Shown here one piece after another: positions 59,501 to 64,000 of a DNA stretch of 64,000 nt. A program made the position numbers and the translations under genes. Numbering within the stretch: position 1 is the stretch's first letter; each line of letters begins with the position of its first letter. Source of the stretch: Paragordius varius (taxonomy: Eukaryota > Animalia > Nematomorpha); contig OZ176054.1 in assembly GCA_964247055.1 (NCBI GenBank), positions 8,246,001-8,310,000 on the forward strand, in the 5' to 3' direction. A model generated the notes under the pieces. That model was not told the origin of the DNA and searched no databases. It was given only the letters and a program-made list of their open reading frames with translations.

Positions 59501-61436
59501 TAGAAAAAAATGTTTAAACTTTTTTCTGTTTTGATATAATAAATTATAGGTACGAGTGTTGCGTTGTATCAAAGGTATAAATTCTAGCGATGTAGTCCTG
59601 GGCCAATATGTAGGAAATCCGGAGTATAATGCTCAAACTGCCAAGGCCTCTTCCCAAGGCACTGAAGATCAGAGTAAGGCTTACACGGATGATCCTAAAA
59701 TCGATAAGGGCTCAGTTACACCCACATTCGCTACCTGTGTTCTCTTTATAAACAATGAACGATGGGACGGTGTCCCTTTCATACTAAAGTGTGGGAAAGG
59801 TACATACATTGTTTTTTATCTCGCTTTAATTTTGTCTCTAAATGGTAATGTCTAAAATGTTTTCGCTAATTATATTTTGTATCGATATTTAACCATGCAT
59901 ACCCTACTAGGTTTTTATTCAAGTCTATTTGTTTTTCGCTAAAAAGAAAAAACTCTATAAATCTAAAAGTATAGTTTAGAATTTTTATTTCTTAAAAATT
60001 TGAGGGTCTTTTAATTGGCGTATAGATAAAAATTGTTCTTATATAAACGCTACATAAGACAAATATTTTCCCTATCTTTTAATTTAAATATTCATTTAAA
60101 AGTTGCTTAAAAAGGAATGTCTCTCAAATTCTTATTAAACTCTCTTTACCAAATCTATCAAATGATAAACTAATTAATTTTGATCCAATACAATATTTTT
60201 AACTTGTCTGAATATTAATACATCATTGTGTTAGCCCTAAATGAACGTACCACATATATTCGTATCCAATTTCGGGATGTTGCCGGCGATATTTTCCCAA
60301 ATGGAGCGATTAAACGTAATGAACTTGTTATTCGGGTTCAACCACACGAAGCGGTTTACCTCAAAATTATGACAAAAGAACCGGGAATGCATTGTCATGT
60401 GCTTGAAACCGAGCTTGATTTAACTTTTAGTCGTCGATATAAAGTAATTAGAGCATTTTGAAAGGGGAAATTTAATTACTTTCAATAATAAATCATTTGG
60501 AGTAGGAGTAAAATACATTGCTATTTTCGATTAAACATTGACATTTATTATTTAAAATTAAAAAAAGAAACGTTAGTGCTTTCATGAATCCTAAGTGCGA
60601 CTTATGTCCTCACGCTTAAATTAGAAGGCAGGCATAAGATTTTAGAAACAAGTATTTTATTTTAGAAATCATTGAATTTTTTTACTAAAATTTAAAATAA
60701 TCAATAATATCTAATCATTATCATCCCTTTTTAAATAACGGAAATTAGGATTACTAAATATCCAAAATATATGTGGAGATATTATTCCATTTTTTAAGTA
60801 TTCATGCATTTTTTAACTTTGGCAGAAATAAAATAGGTTTTTTTATGTGTTTAGGGTGCACCAATGCCAGATGCGTATGAAAGATTGATAGTTGATGCTT
60901 TCCTAGGAAATCAACTCAATTTCGTTAGGACAGATGAATTAGCTGAGGCATGGAGAATATTTACACCTTTATTGCACAAAATTGAACGAGAAAAAATTAA
61001 GCCCATACCTTACGTTTTTGGCAGGTTTTTATCTTATTTTTCCAAAAAATATTTTAAATATTAATGTTTAAAGGTATGAATAAGGTCGGATCCTACCAAT
61101 CAATGGATAACTTTTAATAATAACCAGAAAATTTTAAAATCATTTTATTACAGGATTATAATGTATAAATAACATTGGTTTAATTTTGACACTTTTAAAA
61201 AGGAACGGTTAACTTTATTTTATAGTCTAGTAACCACATTTTAGTTAAATTAATGGTAATATTTCGTTTATGATTGACTACATTTATAAGTCTTTATTGC
61301 TTCATATAAATTCAACCTATACAAAATCATTAGCCGTGGTCCTAAAGAATCTGATGAGTTAGCTAAAAAATATGGGTTTATATTCACTGGTACATATATG
61401 TGGAAAGAACCCGTGGAAGAATGTAAAAAATCTTAA
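56549..61436 (+). CDS. G6PD: Glucose-6-phosphate 1-dehydrogenase, ~606 aa
   Basis: Exons 56549-56599, 56624-56661, 56686-56794, 56816-57110, 57342-57558, 58541-58699, 58853-58978, 59191-59284, 59550-59799, 60235-60443, 60855-61024, 61334-61436 (1821 nt). Motifs [67 protein letters not shown]. Confidence 0.97.
57822..58364 (-). mobile_element. piggyBac-like MITE, diverged copy 4 in G6PD intron 5
   Basis: TTAA-CACTT end at 57818-57826. The other end is truncated after taccccaatttgaa. Confidence 0.7.
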
Positions 61437-61793
61437 ATTGATGTAGAGATCTCAAAGGCCTTACAATAGTTAGTAATAATGATAAAATATTATCTCTTCT
61501 ACTACATATGCAAAATTCTCATTTAGTTAACAATATCTAACACTTTTGTCTTCTCAATTATTTCAGGTTATATCGTAGATTATTTAAACGAATTATATTG
61601 TGATATATGTTATTACATTAGTTGTATTGTGATATATCTTTTCTTATTCTATTAAATTAAATACATCATCTAGTCCCATTGTATACTATGAAAATAAATT
61701 AAATTATATTTATGAATATTATGATACAGGTAAAGTATGCATTTTCTGGTTTTCATAATTCTAACATTTTCCATACAAATTTTATCCGTAATT

Positions 61794-61961
61794 TTATAAG
61801 ATTTCGTGTATGCATTTGTCGATTTGTGGCAATATTGCACCAATTTTAGTATCAATTTTGATGTTGGCCAAATGATCCCCTCTTGTTTCACCAATATTTA
61901 TGATTGCAATGGGTTTTCCTGCTTTGTGAAATTCATAAACAATTCTGTAAGCGGAATACAT
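61794..61961 (-). CDS. SIRT4: Terminal exon of a sirtuin-4-like gene (upstream exons not found in window)
   Basis: AG|MYSAYRIVYEFHKAGKPIAIINIGETRGDHLANIKIDTKIGAILPQID…* resembles the SIRT4 C-terminus (YSGYRF…PIAILNIG.TR.D.LA..K…G..LP.ID). Confidence 0.78.
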   Translation of the reverse strand: MYSAYRIVYEFHKAGKPIAIINIGETRGDHLANIKIDTKIGAILPQIDKCIHEIL

Positions 61962-62988
61962 CTAAAAAGTAATGAAAAAGAAAGTTTTTTACAGATTTTT
62001 TTAGAATTCTTGATAATATAAAAAAAATACTGAATAAAAAGAGTAATGACATTTCTAAAAGCTAATAGTCTAGCGTTAAAATTGGTAAAATATTGGTTCG
62101 CCAATTGATAAACGCATTTTTACATAGTAATAATAATACCTCAGGACTGGATCGAAAAGCTTTAAATTTTAAACTAACTTAGTCATACTTAACTTACGCG
62201 GTTGTAAAATCAATAGATAAAAAGAATAAACGAATTTCCATATTATCTAAATATTTTATGTGCATTACATAAACTACTAAACTCAAATAAAGTCGCATTT
62301 TATTTATATCCTAACAAGTAGTGCAATCATTTCAAGGTAAGGTTCCTATCTCTGTAAAATACACCATCATGTATATATAACTTGGCTTCGAAGCTATAAA
62401 TCGCCCATGTATGCGACTATATTATTTTAATAAAGTTGATTTTTTTCTTAATAGCAAAAACTTAGGAGCCTTTTACAAATAAACTCTATGGTCCCAACCC
62501 TTGTCCACTACCATATAAATATAAAGAGCTTTGTAGCGCAAAACTTAAAAAATCATATAGATTTAAAAATGGTTTAATAATTCCCGTTTATGCTAAATTA
62601 AAATTTCTTTAAATTAGCCGATTGTTAGCGGCCCATTCTATGAATAACAATTTAATTCACACAACATGCAAAAATATCATATGGTCAATTAAATGAATCA
62701 AATACGGGAAGTTAATGAGCTCATTCCCTAAATTAGTTCTATAGGATTTACTCATTCGCATGGACTATAGCTTATGAGGGAACATATGTTTAAGGGAGGT
62801 TAATGAGTTTTTGAGGCGGTAATTTTAATTTTTTTTATCAATATGATGGATAACACTTCTGTACGCGATTTATGTGTAGGTCTTATTAAAAATTATTTAT
62901 AGATATCCGTGCATCTTTATGAATACCGTAAATAAATTTAGCAATGGCCAAAAGCTTTAGGCCTGGAAGGCTTTACCCAAAGAAATGG

Positions 62989-63618
62989 CCGATTTGGGAT
63001 ACAAACAACCAAGAGATATATGACAATATTCTTGAATTAAGCGCAAGCATGACCTGGCCCGTAGGACGGGGAATTAGGCTTCCCCCAAACGTGCAATTTA
63101 ATACATAACCACAAATCGCCGAAAATAGAAATCTACCTGGGGGTAGACTATCCCTTTATTCTATAATAAATCATTTTTTTTCATATTTAAAATAGACTGG
63201 AACCGGTGGGATACACACCTTCACATACAGAAATATAATTAGTATGATGTTCTACTAAAATTAAATAAAAAATACGGGATTTGGAGGGACAGGCTGTGTC
63301 ATTAAAATTATTATTTTAAGAATTAACATTTGTTTCTAAAAAGGACCATAAAACTAAATATAATGGATATACTCGCTCACATGCATAATATATTTATTTC
63401 TACATTTATTTAATATAAATACCTTTTCTAAACGCCGCTACTCTACCCCCAGGTTTCTATTTTTTGGCGATTTGCGGTAACGCATTAAATTACATATTCA
63501 TTTTTTGTCTGAGAAGTTTGGCGGAAGCCTAATTCCCCGTCCTACGGGCCAGGTCATGCTTGCGCATAATGCAAGAATATTGTCATACATCTCTTGGTTG
63601 TTTTGTATCCCAAATCGG
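62989..63618. mobile_element. Long-TIR (~160 bp) foldback/MULE-like element
   Basis: Arms 62989-63147 and 63442-63618 are high-identity reverse complements (e.g. gcatgacctggcccgtaggacggggaattaggcttcc). ~295-bp spacer, no TSD found. Confidence 0.8.
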
Positions 63619-64000
63619 GAAAATATTTGTATGACATATTCATGATTCGAAAAAAATATATATCAGCACCTATTATATTTAAAAATATTATGGTGCTTAA
63701 TAGCACGTACACCCCTTTTAAAGTTGGCATGTCCCATATACATACTATAGTAAAATAAGTTATTTATCTGACCATTTATTGCATAAATATATAAAAAAGC
63801 ACCAAAACCTAATAACCTTTAGTGAGCATTTGCACGAAAAATATTTTTTGATACAAGTTTAAACTTTCCATAACCTACCATATACATATATTAAATTTTT
63901 TTTTATTCAGGCTTATAGTTTTCAGATTCCAAAAATTATTTCTGATTCTCGAGATATCTGTTTTTGTAAAACCTTAATCCGGAAAACCCAGGCTCAAAAA

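Overview
This is extremely AT-rich (roughly 20-25% GC by eye) eukaryotic, most likely animal, genomic DNA. It is not prokaryotic and has no CRISPR array, rRNA or recognisable tRNA. I reconstructed four complete conserved genes exon by exon with consistent intron phases: PIK3C3/Vps34 (-, 18 exons, ~979 aa), NUDT18 (+, 7 exons, ~334 aa), a PKA catalytic subunit (-, 9 shared exons plus three candidate alternative first exons, ~352 aa) and G6PD (+, 12 exons, ~606 aa). Also present are a SIRT4-like terminal exon (-), two paralogous Lys/Arg-rich orphan genes, one or two further orphan genes, and many transposon relics (piggyBac-like MITEs, hAT, CACTA-like, foldback, Helitron, mariner, RTE LINE, Penelope). 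The most notable observations are: (1) GT-AG introns of only 21-25 nt coexisting with 60-2600 nt introns and concentrated at gene 5' ends; (2) a minimal hammerhead ribozyme in a Penelope relic inside a Vps34 intron; (3) a tandem duplication of the convergent NUDT18/PKA 3' ends, with a foreign 60%-GC insert disabling the spare PKA exon; (4) ~100-130 aa multi-exon insertions in G6PD and Vps34. Assignment to an intron-minimised animal parasite (e.g. a myxozoan) is inference only. All homology calls come from recalled family motifs, not database searches.
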